Source: Vulcanimicrobiaceae bacterium (GTDB lineage Bacteria; Vulcanimicrobiota; Vulcanimicrobiia; Vulcanimicrobiales; Vulcanimicrobiaceae). Taken from it: DNA of 13,003 bases. A program made the translations under genes and the position numbers. The stretch is from contig JBHEMM010000034.1 in NCBI GenBank assembly GCA_046262595.1, positions 1 to 13,003 on the forward strand. The letters are read 5' to 3'. Positions 1 through 8,747 of this stretch are shown piece after piece (the stretch's first letter is position 1; each line of letters begins with the position of its first letter). The notes under the pieces are model-generated. The model was not told the origin of the DNA and did not search any database. It saw only the letters and a list, made by a program, of their open reading frames with translations.

Positions 1-1716
1 CGCCAGATCGTACATGCCGAGCAGTGCGAAGAGCCGTACCGGCGCGCTGCCGGCTTTCACCCCGCAATCTAAAATGCGTTCGAGCAGCCGCTGCGTTTCG
101 GCGGGATCGTCCTCGACGTCATACGCAATATTGTAAAGCACGCTATACGCGCGCGCCGCGCATTCGTACATCGAGCAATCCAGCGCAACGTCAACCGCGC
201 GCACGGCGATCTCCCGCGCCGTTTCAATGTCGCCGGTGAACAGCGCAACCCATGCGGCATGGTGCAGCGTTTTCGCCGCGACGTTTTTGTCGGGATATTC
301 GCGCGTAACGGCCAGCGCCTGTTCGATCGCGCCTTTCGCCTCCTCGAAGCGGCCGCTCATTACCAGCGAGACAGCGAGCGTCGTGCGGATTGAGGCGCGC
401 AGCTCGGGCACCAGGTCCCAATCTTCCGCGAACGGTTCGATGTGTTTTACGCCGTCGATCCGCCCGTTGCGGATCAGATCCAATGCGTAGCGGTAGGCGA
501 TCGACGCTTTGGTTTCGCGTGCCTTCGCCGTTGCAATCGCCTGCAGAAACCAGGCCTCGGCGATATCGTGGCGCCCGACGCGCGATTCTTCCATCGCCTT
601 GACGGTGAGCGCCACGGCGCTGGTCTGAACGGTTTTTTCGTCGACGATCTCCAGCGCGCGGTTGAGCGCTCCGACATGGCCCATCTCGATGAGCTCGAAA
701 CCTTGCTCCTCGCAGATGCGCAGCACGTCTTGCGGGCAGTCCCACGCGGAATACAGCCGCAGCGCGACAACGTTACGGCCCGAACGCTCGTACCCGCGCG
801 CCGCATTCACCCGCGCATCGCGCAACGCAGCCTCGCCGCGATCGGCGAGCGTGCGTTCCAACAGCGCGCGGAACGCGTCGCGATACCGCACGGCGCCGTA
901 CGGTTTGTGGACCAGCAGCAAACCTTCGTCCGCAAGCTCGGCGATGCGGCTCCATTGGCCGGCTTGCCCTAAGGCCGCCGCGAACGCCGGATCGAACTCC
1001 GTGAGCACGCTGCACTGCACGAGCAACTCTTTGAGCGGCTCGTGAAAATGCGCGAAAATGCGTTCGGCGAGATCCTCGTACGTCGCGCCGGGCTGCGGCT
1101 GACCCGCGCGCAGCGCAATCTTAAAGCCCAGCGGCCAGGCGCCGGTCGCATCGAGCAGACGCAACGCCGCATCGCTGCCGCACTCGTAGCGATCCGCCAA
1201 TGCTAAGGCGTCCGTGCGCTCTAAACGCAGGTCCGCTTCGGTAATGACTTCCCCTAAAAGACCGTACGCGCGCCACGTTTCCCACGGCAACGGAGGGTCG
1301 CTGCGTGCCGTGCAGACCCACTGCAGCGCCGCATCGCTGCCTTCAATCAAATGTTGAATCAAACCAAAGAATGCCGGATCCGCGACCGCGTCAAGGTCGT
1401 GCAGAACGATCGTCGCTTGCGCTCCCTGCAAGTGGCGCAGCATCCACATGCCGAGTTCGTCTTCCGGCTCGGCGCACTGGCGCGCGTATTCGCCGGCGCC
1501 GGCGAACGACGTCGTCAAGTCGGGCGCGATGCCGCAAAGCGCCTGCACCAGACCATGCGTGAGATCGAGCAGCGCGCGTTGATCGGAGCGCGGATAAAAA
1601 TGCGCGACTGCGCCGCTCGTTTCGAGCACGCGCTGCGCAACGAACTCGTTCTTGCCGAACCCCTCGCCGGCGACGACCAGCGTAACGTGATGCAGCGCGC
1701 GCGGAGGTGCCAGCAC
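1..1716 (-). CDS. MalT-like STAND-family P-loop/TPR-like protein, probable transcriptional regulator; 3' end lies outside the window
   Basis: Manual translation shows this minus frame has no stop from GTG at 1716 to base 1 (572 codons). Protein: MLAPPRALHHVTLVVAGEGFGKNEFV...ATIVLHDLD...WVCTARSDPPLP...ITEADLRL...LLDATGAWPLG...VRYRDAFRALL, then helical TPR-like segments (GRHDIAEAWFLQA; GRFEEAKGAIEQAL). These segments follow the order of MalT-family motifs (Walker A, Walker B, sensor R..P, DLxF, GWP, RYHxLF). The GTG overlaps the upstream stop (TAGTG). A C-terminal LuxR HTH is expected but not visible. Confidence 0.8.
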   Translation of the reverse strand, partial: MLAPPRALHHVTLVVAGEGFGKNEFVAQRVLETSGAVAHFYPRSDQRALLDLTHGLVQALCGIAPDLTTSFAGAGEYARQCAEPEDELGMWMLRHLQGAQATIVLHDLDAVADPAFFGLIQHLIEGSDAALQWVCTARSDPPLPWETWRAYGLLGEVITEADLRLERTDALALADRYECGSDAALRLLDATGAWPLGFKIALRAGQPQPGATYEDLAERIFAHFHEPLKELLVQCSVLTEFDPAFAAALGQAGQWSRIAELADEGLLLVHKPYGAVRYRDAFRALLERTLADRGEAALRDARVNAARGYERSGRNVVALRLYSAWDCPQDVLRICEEQGFELIEMGHVGALNRALEIVDEKTVQTSAVALTVKAMEESRVGRHDIAEAWFLQAIATAKARETKASIAYRYALDLIRNGRIDGVKHIEPFAEDWDLVPELRASIRTTLAVSLVMSGRFEEAKGAIEQALAVTREYPDKNVAAKTLHHAAWVALFTGDIETAREIAVRAVDVALDCSMYECAARAYSVLYNIAYDVEDDPAETQRLLERILDCGVKAGSAPVRLFALLGMYDLA

Positions 1717-3485
1717 TACGCGGAGGCCCGGTACTGCGTCCAGCTGATGAAGTCTTGCTGCGTTAGCGGGCTGCAGATGCTAAACCCCTGAAGCGCGTCC
1801 ACGCCGTTCGCCACGAGCAGATTCTGTTCCAACGACGTTTGAACGCCTTCGGCAATCACGGTGCACGACATGTAGTGCGCTTGATCGATGAGCGTTTTCA
1901 AGCCGCGCGCGGTGTGCGCGCCGGCCAGCGATTCGCGAAAGTATTCCGGGCCGATCTTCACAAAGTCGATCTGCATCTGCGCGAGCGTGCGCAGCGAGAG
2001 CGAGGCGGAGCCGAACTGCGCGATCCCCACGCTGAAGCCGGCCGCGCGCGCCGCCGCGAAGAAGGCGATGTACCGCTCCGCATCGGCTGCAATCTCGCGC
2101 TCGTTGCATTCCAGCGCGATCCCCGGCACGCGCTTCGTGGTGCTTTCCAAAATCGCGTCGTCGGGCTCCCAAACGTTGACGTGAATCGTAATCGGGCCCG
2201 CCGCCTGCGTCAGCGCCGCGGCTTTATGCATGGTGCTCGCGAGCATCATGCGTTCGAATTCCCTCAAGCACTGCTGCTCCACCGCGGCTTGTAAAAGGCG
2301 CGCCGGCGAGGCAAGCACGCCGTCGGGCTGCAGCCAGCGCACGAGCACTTCCGTGCCGATGAGCTTGCCCGTGCGCGCCGCGACAATCGGTTGAAAGCAC
2401 GAGAGAAACTGACTTTCGAAATGCTCTGCATGCAGCTGCAAACGGTCGTTCGCTCTCTGCGGGCCTTCGTCATGGAACGCGAGCGCATTGCTGCCGCGCG
2501 TCTTCGCGCTGTACATCGCGGCATCCGCTTGCGAGAGCAGTTCGTTGACCGTTTGGCCGTCCTGCGGATAGATCGCGATACCGATGCTTGCCGACGTGTG
2601 CAGATGCACGCCTTTGAGCAGCATCGGTGCCGCGAGCGAACGCAGCAGGCGCGCGGCAATGCCTTCCAGGTCCAAACGACTTTTTAGCGAGGAGACCACG
2701 ACGGCGAACTCGTCGCCGCCGATGCGCCCGACCACTTCATGTTTGCGCACGACCGAAAGCATGCGGCGACCCAGTTCGGTCAATGCCGCATCGCCCACCG
2801 CATGTCCGTACGTGTCGTTCACCGATTTGAACGAGTTCAAGTCCAGGTACAGCACCGCGGCCTCGCCGCCGCTGCGCTGCGCTGCGGAGATGCTCTGCTC
2901 CAAGTGCTCTAAAATCGCGCTGCGGTTGCGCAGACCCGTAAGCGGATCCGTATCAACGCGTTCGCTCATTTTGCGTTGGTGCTCGGCAGCGTCCAACAAC
3001 CGCGATATTAGCGCCGCCAGAAAATTGAGGTATTGAATCTCGTCCTCGCTCAAGGACTGTTCGCGCGGTGACTGCCAGCCGATTGCGAGCACCCGCGAAT
3101 CGCCGCCCGCGGCAATCGGCCAAAAGAGAATCGAGCGTAACTTAAACGCCGCTGCCGTATGGTCCGCCGTGCCGTTCTCATGCTTCGCATCGAAAACCAT
3201 CTGCGGCTTGTTCAGCTGCGTGCCGCGCCAGCCGATGCCGGCGCGCTCGGCATTCGTGCCGTCGTCGCCGATCGAGCAGACTTTGACGTATTCCACCGCG
3301 CCGTAGCCGACTTCCGCATAGTCGAAGCCCAACACCGGCTTGCAGTCTTCGAGAATCCGGACGAGCTGATAGTTCGGCGTCTCGGCCAGGCCGAGGTCGA
3401 TCAACGCATGCAAGCGGCCCAAATGTTGTTGGAGATGTCCTGCGTCTAGCAATTGTTTTACTCGCCCGCCCTGTTCGTGCTGCAT
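1716..3485 (-). CDS. GAF-like + GGDEF + degenerate EAL domain protein (probable diguanylate cyclase)
   Basis: GGDEF domain: DPLTGLRNR, LYLDLNSFKSVNDTYGHAVGD, GRIGGDEF (GGDEF at 2706-2720), SASIGIA, ADAAMYSAK. EAL fold: FQPIV, EVLVRW, FVKI, IAEGV, LQGF. The N-terminal part looks GAF-like (LRSILFWPI...LAIG...LSEDEIQYLNFLAALI). ATG at 3485 is preferred over the track's TTG at 3500 because GAGGG lies just upstream of it. Confidence 0.9.
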   Translation of the reverse strand: MQHEQGGRVKQLLDAGHLQQHLGRLHALIDLGLAETPNYQLVRILEDCKPVLGFDYAEVGYGAVEYVKVCSIGDDGTNAERAGIGWRGTQLNKPQMVFDAKHENGTADHTAAAFKLRSILFWPIAAGGDSRVLAIGWQSPREQSLSEDEIQYLNFLAALISRLLDAAEHQRKMSERVDTDPLTGLRNRSAILEHLEQSISAAQRSGGEAAVLYLDLNSFKSVNDTYGHAVGDAALTELGRRMLSVVRKHEVVGRIGGDEFAVVVSSLKSRLDLEGIAARLLRSLAAPMLLKGVHLHTSASIGIAIYPQDGQTVNELLSQADAAMYSAKTRGSNALAFHDEGPQRANDRLQLHAEHFESQFLSCFQPIVAARTGKLIGTEVLVRWLQPDGVLASPARLLQAAVEQQCLREFERMMLASTMHKAAALTQAAGPITIHVNVWEPDDAILESTTKRVPGIALECNEREIAADAERYIAFFAAARAAGFSVGIAQFGSASLSLRTLAQMQIDFVKIGPEYFRESLAGAHTARGLKTLIDQAHYMSCTVIAEGVQTSLEQNLLVANGVDALQGFSICSPLTQQDFISWTQYRASA

Positions 3486-3489
3486 CGCG

Positions 3490-3511
3490 CCCTCAAACAA
3501 TGGCTTGAGGA
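3490..3511 (-). promoter_or_regulatory. Ribosome-binding site of the GGDEF-EAL gene within a predicted hairpin
   Basis: The minus strand reads CCTCAAGC-CATT-GTTTGAGG-GCGCG-ATG. This is an 8-bp stem with one G-U pair, and its 3' arm contains the GAGG Shine-Dalgarno. Confidence 0.4.
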
Positions 3512-3701
3512 GCTGCCAAGCAGAATCGTATCGTAATCCGCCCGAAAAAGATGTAAGAAGATAGTCCCGGCAATTCCAACAAAAGCACTAAGGCAGGCCA
3601 GTACGCATCCCGTGCTGCTGGTGTTCTTCACGTGGACTTCTTGGCCTGTCGCGCAGGCCCGTAATCGTCCTTGCCAACATCCCGCGCTTGCACGCTATTC
3701 G

Positions 3702-3719
3702 TTCAAGCGAACGCTTGAA
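3702..3719. promoter_or_regulatory. Perfect 8-bp inverted repeat (operator-like) in the divergent intergenic region
   Basis: TTCAAGCG-AA-CGCTTGAA, about 40 nt upstream of the tamB ATG. The 2-nt spacer fits a dimeric DNA-binding site, though a 7-bp RNA stem with a 4-nt loop is also possible. Confidence 0.4.
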
Positions 3720-3758
3720 GAACGTTAATGCCATGTACCGTGGGCATAAGTATGGACG

Positions 3759-6700
3759 ATGCATGCGCTGCGAGGCAAACGCCCGGTCGTTTTTGGAACC
3801 GTGCTTGCCGCGGTTGCCGTGGCCGTGCTCGTGTTGCTTTCGCAGCCCGCGCTTTCCCGCAACCTCGTTGCATCGATCTTAGGGCACGCGACCGGGACTG
3901 CCGTCTCGCTCGGCGGGATGCACGTAAACGCGACGGGAGCCACGTTAACGGACGTGCTGGTCAGCGCAAAGGGCGAGCGGCTCGCACGCATTCCGCGCAT
4001 CGAGGTGCGGTACACTCTTCACGATCTGCTCCCCGGCAGCACGCACCTGTATGGGTTGCACGCCGTTGACGTTTACCGCCCGCGCATCACCGTCGTGCAC
4101 AAGCCCGACGGCACCTATAATCTGCCCGCGCTCGCCAAGGGCGGCCCGAGTACGGGAGGCGGCACGCCGATGAACGTGCGCGTGCGCGTCATCGACGGTT
4201 CGATGGCCGTGCTCGACAAGACGCGCGTGGATCCCAGCGCCCGCGACGTCGAGATCGCGCGCCTCAATGTTAACGCCGACATCCACACCGCAGCGCGCAC
4301 GGTGTACCGCGCGTCGATGGCGTACGTCGACGGCCGCGGTGCATATCCGATTCGCGGCGGCGGCATTCTGGACGCGCCCTCGGGCTTTACGCTGCATCAC
4401 TGGACCGCGGCGCACGTGCCGCTTCCGCAGATCGTGAACTATGCGCTCAACAACTCGACGATCCGCATGCGTGCGGGCTACTTGGACAACCTGGACGCGC
4501 GCTACTACGGCAATCTTTCCGCGAGCGCTTCGATTCGCGGCGCGCGCGTCACCATCGCCGGCGTGGGCGCCGCAATCGAGAACGTGCGCGGTCCGCTCGA
4601 TATGACGAGCGCCGGCTTAACGACCTCCGGTTTGATCGCGCAGATCGCCGGCGCGCCCGTATCCGTGAAAGGCGGCATCTACGATCTCAAAGACCCGCAG
4701 TTCCGCCTGCACATCAACGCCCGCAACGAAATCGCGCGTCTGAAGCTGATGGCGGCGGCTGCCGCGAAACTGCCGATCAGCGGCCCGGTGGATATCGGCA
4801 TGCTCGTGCAAGGCCCCGTGCGTTCGCCCCTCGCGCTGATCGCGCTGCGATCGCCGGCGCTCGCGTTCCGCGCGATGCCGCTGCGCGATGCCGACGCGGC
4901 GATCGCATTCGACGGCAAGACTGCCAACGTGCTGCATCTGACGCTGCGCTATGCGGCCTTCAGCGCCGCCGTCCGCGGACGCATGGCCCTGCAAAAGCAC
5001 AAAGGCGCCATCGAAGCGTTCGCAAGCGCCGACGGCAACAGTGCCGGCGTACCGTATGCAAGTGACATCCTCGCCGCCATGCCGCTTCACGCCGCGCTGC
5101 TGGCAACGGGCGAGTCGTTCGATGCGATTCAAACGCAGGGCACGCTCTCGGGCGGCGGCGCGGACGCGCACGCCCTCTCCGGCGCATTTGCGATCTCCGG
5201 CAACGGCGCCGGCGGTATCGCGTTACGCACGCCTTCACTCGCCGCCAACGTGCGGATCGATCATCCCCATAACGCACTTGCCGCGCTGCTGCACGCGAAC
5301 GCCCTGCACATCGACGCAGCGCGCACTGCGGCGCTTCCCGGTTTGAGCGCCGGCGCGGCGCTGCCGGTGAGCGGAACCTTGAACGGCGATCTGTTTGCCG
5401 CGCAGCAGTCCGGCCGCTTGGCGCTCGCGGGCAACCTCGACGTGCAGGATGCGGCATTCCGCCAGATCGCCGTAACGCACGCGCACGCGCAGTTCCGCGG
5501 CGGCCCGGGCGCCGTCAACGTACCGGTACTGAACGCGCAAGGTTCGTTCGGCGATCTGCAAGCGCACGGAACGATGGCCGGTACCAACTATATCGCACTG
5601 CAGGGGCATCTGCGCGGATCGCTCGCGCAACTCGCGAGCGTCGCCGGGAGCGTTCCGGCGCAAGGATACGTCGACGCACCTATCGCGCTCGTGTACGACC
5701 ACGGGCGCAGCGTCGCGCAAGTGCAGGACGCGCAGTTTCGAAACGGCTCCGTGCGCGGCGTTCCGATCGACAGGTTGAGCGCCACCGTCGCGCAGCAGGG
5801 CGGCACGCTGAATGTTTACGCCGCACGTGCAAGCGTGACGCGCGGCGGCAGCGCGGTGGCCAGCGGTGCGTTCGGCTCGGGCGGATCGAACGTCGCGCTC
5901 TCAATCGCGAACCTGCCGCTCGCGCAACTCAGCGGCGCGGGTCTTCCGGTTCAAAGCGGCGTTGCCGACGTCGCGGCGATCGCGTCGGGATCGCTGAAGG
6001 CGCCGGACGTGCGGGGCGCCGTCGTTGTCGACCGCATGCGGTACGGCAAATACCCGATCTCGGCAAACGGCGCGTTTGCCTATGCGGGGAGCGAACTCAC
6101 GCTGAACGACGCGCTGGTCGGCGTGGGCCCCGCGTTTGCGGCGATCGACGGCGCGGTCTATCCGCGCTACGATCTCACCGCGAGCGTACGCGGCGCGGAC
6201 GCACACGATCTGATCGCGCTCGCAAGCCCCGCACTGCAGAAACAATACATCGAGGGCAGTCTGGACGCATCGGTGCATGTCACCGGCGCGGGCGCCGCGC
6301 CGGCAATCGGCGGCACGTTCGATGCGCCCGAAGGGTCGGTGAACGGCCTTGCGTTCCGCGAGTTGCGCGGCGCGATCACCGGCACGCCGGCCGATCTGCA
6401 CGTCAACGGCGGCCGGGTCACCGTGGGATCGACCGCGCTCAGCTTTCATGCCGTTGTTGCGGGGCGCGCGCTCACAGCGGGCGTGAACGCGCCGCACGCG
6501 GATCTCGCTGATTTCAACGATTACTTCGATGCGGGCGATACGCTGGCGGGCACGGGGCGTCTTGCGATCGATGTCGCCTCAATCGGCCGCTCGTTCGCGA
6601 GCAGCGGAAACGTTGCACTCAACAACGTGCGGTACAAGCGCTTCCCGATCGGTGATGCGCTCGCCGCCTGGCACACCAGCGGTGCGACGACGATCGGCAG

Positions 6701-8747
6701 CGCCGACATCGGCGGCGAAGCGGGCCGCGTGCGCTTTTCCGGCTCGTACGCTCCCGGTGCGGCGATGAACGTGCGCGCAAGCCTACGCGGCTTGGATCTC
6801 GGCACATGGCTGCCGCTGGTGGGATTCCGCCAACCCGTCACGGGTCACGTCGACGCGGACGCCACCGCGCGCGGACGCTACCCCGACATGGATCTCGGCG
6901 TAAATGCGGCGCTGCTCGACGGTACCGTAGGACGCGTGCACATCGAACAAGCGCAGCTCGCCATGAACGCCGCCCGCGGCCGCGGGCGCATCCAACGCGC
7001 GATCGTGCGCATTCCGAACTTCGAAGCGCAAGGCTCGGGAACGTTCGGGCTGCACCCGCGCGACCCGCTCGGCCTCTCCGTCCACGCAAGCAGCCCGGAT
7101 CTGGGCAAACTGCTTGCGACGATGACCGGCAAAACGTACGACGCCGGCGGCACGCTCGATACGACGCTGGCGCTAAGCGGAACGCGCGTGGATCCGCAAC
7201 TGCGCGATGCGTTCACGCTTACATCGCTGCATTACGCGAAGATCGCCGTTCCGAAGATGTGGGGAACCGTTGCGGGCAATCTGCACGAGGTGAGCCTGGA
7301 ACACGGCGAGATCGATCTGCAGCGCGGCCGCGTTCTGGCCTCCGGCCACGTGCCGCTGCGCGCGCCGCGCAACGCCGCCGTTGCGATGAACGTGCGCATC
7401 GAGAACGTGGACTTCAGCAACTTCCAGAGCGCGTTCCCCAAAGGCGACCATCTTGCCGGCACGATGGCCGGAGCGATGAATGTGAGCGGCAACGTCGACA
7501 ATCCCAAGTTCAGCGGAAATCTTGCGCTGCACAACGGCTACTTCGTCGGCCCCATCGACCAAAATCCGATTTCGCACGTCAACGGCACGCTCGCTTTCAC
7601 GCAAAACACGATCGCCATTCAAGCACTGCATGCGAACGTGGGTGCCGGCACGATGGACGTGAGCGGCATCGCGCAGGTTCCGAACTTCCGCCGCCCCGGC
7701 GATGCAACGTTCAGCGCAACCATTCTCGCCGATAACGCGCAGATCAACAGCCCGAAATATTTCCGCGGTAAGGTGAACGGCAACGTAACGGCAACGCGCG
7801 TGCGCGGCGGCATTCCGACGCTCGCCGGCAGCGTGAGCGTGCCCTCGGGCCGCATTCCGCTCACCGCCTTCTGGAATCCCAAAGCAACGAAAAGCGTCGG
7901 GGGCCCGGCGCTTCCGCTGGCGTTCAATCTCAACGCCACCGTCGGCAACGACGTGCGCGTCCAAAGCCCCGGCGTCGATGTCGGAGCGCAAGGCAGCGTT
8001 GCGGTGGGCGGCACCCTCGCATCGCCCACGCTGGACGGCGCGTTTACCTCAACGGGCGGCACCGTAACCTTCCTGCGGCGCTTCGACGTGCAAAGCGCGC
8101 GCGTGCGGTTTGACAAGACCAACGGCATCATGCCGTACATCAATGCGGTCGCCACTACGACGGTAAGCAACCCGGTTACCGACATCGCGCTGCACGTCAC
8201 GGGCCTTGCGCCGAACAATATGCAGATCGCGTTCGACTCCTCTCCGGGCGGCTACAGCCGCGAGCAGATTCTGGCCATGCTCACCGGCGTGAGCAATTTG
8301 AACAACCGTAACAGCACCGGAGGATTCACCGCGGGCGGCGAGATTCAGAATCTTGCGATGGGCCAGTTGAACACCTACTTCACGCAGCAACTGCTCGAGC
8401 CGCTTTCGGCATCGCTGGGCAACGCGCTGGGCCTGCAGAATCTGCAGTTGACCGACGACTTCACCAGCGGGTTCGGTTTTAACGCCGTCAAAGCGTTCGG
8501 CAAACATATCACCGCCGTGTTCTCGCAAACGATGGGAACGCCGAGCCGGCGCAGCTTAAGCATCGAAGCGCACCGCGGCAATTCGACCGCGTTCAACTTT
8601 ACGATGTACAGCTCGGATTCGCCGCCGCTGTTCGGCTACCGTCCGGGCACGAATATGTTCGGTTTCAACCCGTCGATGAACGCATCCGTGCTGATGCCGC
8701 TCTTGGGATCGAATGGCGTCACCATGATGTACGAGCATAAGTTCTGA
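3759..8747 (+). CDS. tamB: Translocation/assembly module TamB-like protein (AsmA-like, C-terminal DUF490)
   Basis: 1662 aa. It has an N-terminal hydrophobic anchor (VVFGTVLAAVAVAVLVLLS) and a long Gly/Ala-rich amphipathic beta-strand body. The C-terminal region is TamB-like (ATVGNDVRV...GSVAVGGTLASPTLDG...GGTVTF...MPYINAVA...FDSSPGGYSREQILAML) and ends in a beta-signal-like strand, GVTMMYEHKF. Confidence 0.85.
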   Translation: MHALRGKRPVVFGTVLAAVAVAVLVLLSQPALSRNLVASILGHATGTAVSLGGMHVNATGATLTDVLVSAKGERLARIPRIEVRYTLHDLLPGSTHLYGLHAVDVYRPRITVVHKPDGTYNLPALAKGGPSTGGGTPMNVRVRVIDGSMAVLDKTRVDPSARDVEIARLNVNADIHTAARTVYRASMAYVDGRGAYPIRGGGILDAPSGFTLHHWTAAHVPLPQIVNYALNNSTIRMRAGYLDNLDARYYGNLSASASIRGARVTIAGVGAAIENVRGPLDMTSAGLTTSGLIAQIAGAPVSVKGGIYDLKDPQFRLHINARNEIARLKLMAAAAAKLPISGPVDIGMLVQGPVRSPLALIALRSPALAFRAMPLRDADAAIAFDGKTANVLHLTLRYAAFSAAVRGRMALQKHKGAIEAFASADGNSAGVPYASDILAAMPLHAALLATGESFDAIQTQGTLSGGGADAHALSGAFAISGNGAGGIALRTPSLAANVRIDHPHNALAALLHANALHIDAARTAALPGLSAGAALPVSGTLNGDLFAAQQSGRLALAGNLDVQDAAFRQIAVTHAHAQFRGGPGAVNVPVLNAQGSFGDLQAHGTMAGTNYIALQGHLRGSLAQLASVAGSVPAQGYVDAPIALVYDHGRSVAQVQDAQFRNGSVRGVPIDRLSATVAQQGGTLNVYAARASVTRGGSAVASGAFGSGGSNVALSIANLPLAQLSGAGLPVQSGVADVAAIASGSLKAPDVRGAVVVDRMRYGKYPISANGAFAYAGSELTLNDALVGVGPAFAAIDGAVYPRYDLTASVRGADAHDLIALASPALQKQYIEGSLDASVHVTGAGAAPAIGGTFDAPEGSVNGLAFRELRGAITGTPADLHVNGGRVTVGSTALSFHAVVAGRALTAGVNAPHADLADFNDYFDAGDTLAGTGRLAIDVASIGRSFASSGNVALNNVRYKRFPIGDALAAWHTSGATTIGSADIGGEAGRVRFSGSYAPGAAMNVRASLRGLDLGTWLPLVGFRQPVTGHVDADATARGRYPDMDLGVNAALLDGTVGRVHIEQAQLAMNAARGRGRIQRAIVRIPNFEAQGSGTFGLHPRDPLGLSVHASSPDLGKLLATMTGKTYDAGGTLDTTLALSGTRVDPQLRDAFTLTSLHYAKIAVPKMWGTVAGNLHEVSLEHGEIDLQRGRVLASGHVPLRAPRNAAVAMNVRIENVDFSNFQSAFPKGDHLAGTMAGAMNVSGNVDNPKFSGNLALHNGYFVGPIDQNPISHVNGTLAFTQNTIAIQALHANVGAGTMDVSGIAQVPNFRRPGDATFSATILADNAQINSPKYFRGKVNGNVTATRVRGGIPTLAGSVSVPSGRIPLTAFWNPKATKSVGGPALPLAFNLNATVGNDVRVQSPGVDVGAQGSVAVGGTLASPTLDGAFTSTGGTVTFLRRFDVQSARVRFDKTNGIMPYINAVATTTVSNPVTDIALHVTGLAPNNMQIAFDSSPGGYSREQILAMLTGVSNLNNRNSTGGFTAGGEIQNLAMGQLNTYFTQQLLEPLSASLGNALGLQNLQLTDDFTSGFGFNAVKAFGKHITAVFSQTMGTPSRRSLSIEAHRGNSTAFNFTMYSSDSPPLFGYRPGTNMFGFNPSMNASVLMPLLGSNGVTMMYEHKF

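Noticed and set aside
24..1791. Many short track ORFs on both strands (e.g. 442..972 +, 1351..1791 +, 224..745 -)
   Set aside because: They are shadows or alternate frames of the uninterrupted minus-strand STAND/TPR gene (1..1716) and carry no recognisable motifs.
3458..3631. 57-aa minus-strand ORF (GTG start) with a hydrophobic stretch, MKNTSSTGCVLACLSAFVGIAGTIFLHLF...
   Set aside because: There is no Shine-Dalgarno, it overlaps the cyclase start out of frame, and the hydrophobicity can be explained by a T-rich intergenic tract.
3575..3645. Loose resemblance on the minus strand to a c-di-GMP-II riboswitch (GAA-N6-GTGAA...GCAC...TAGTGC)
   Set aside because: It lacks the 3' AACCG element and the expected paired stems, and no c-di-GMP-I motif is present either. 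It cannot be called without an Infernal hit.
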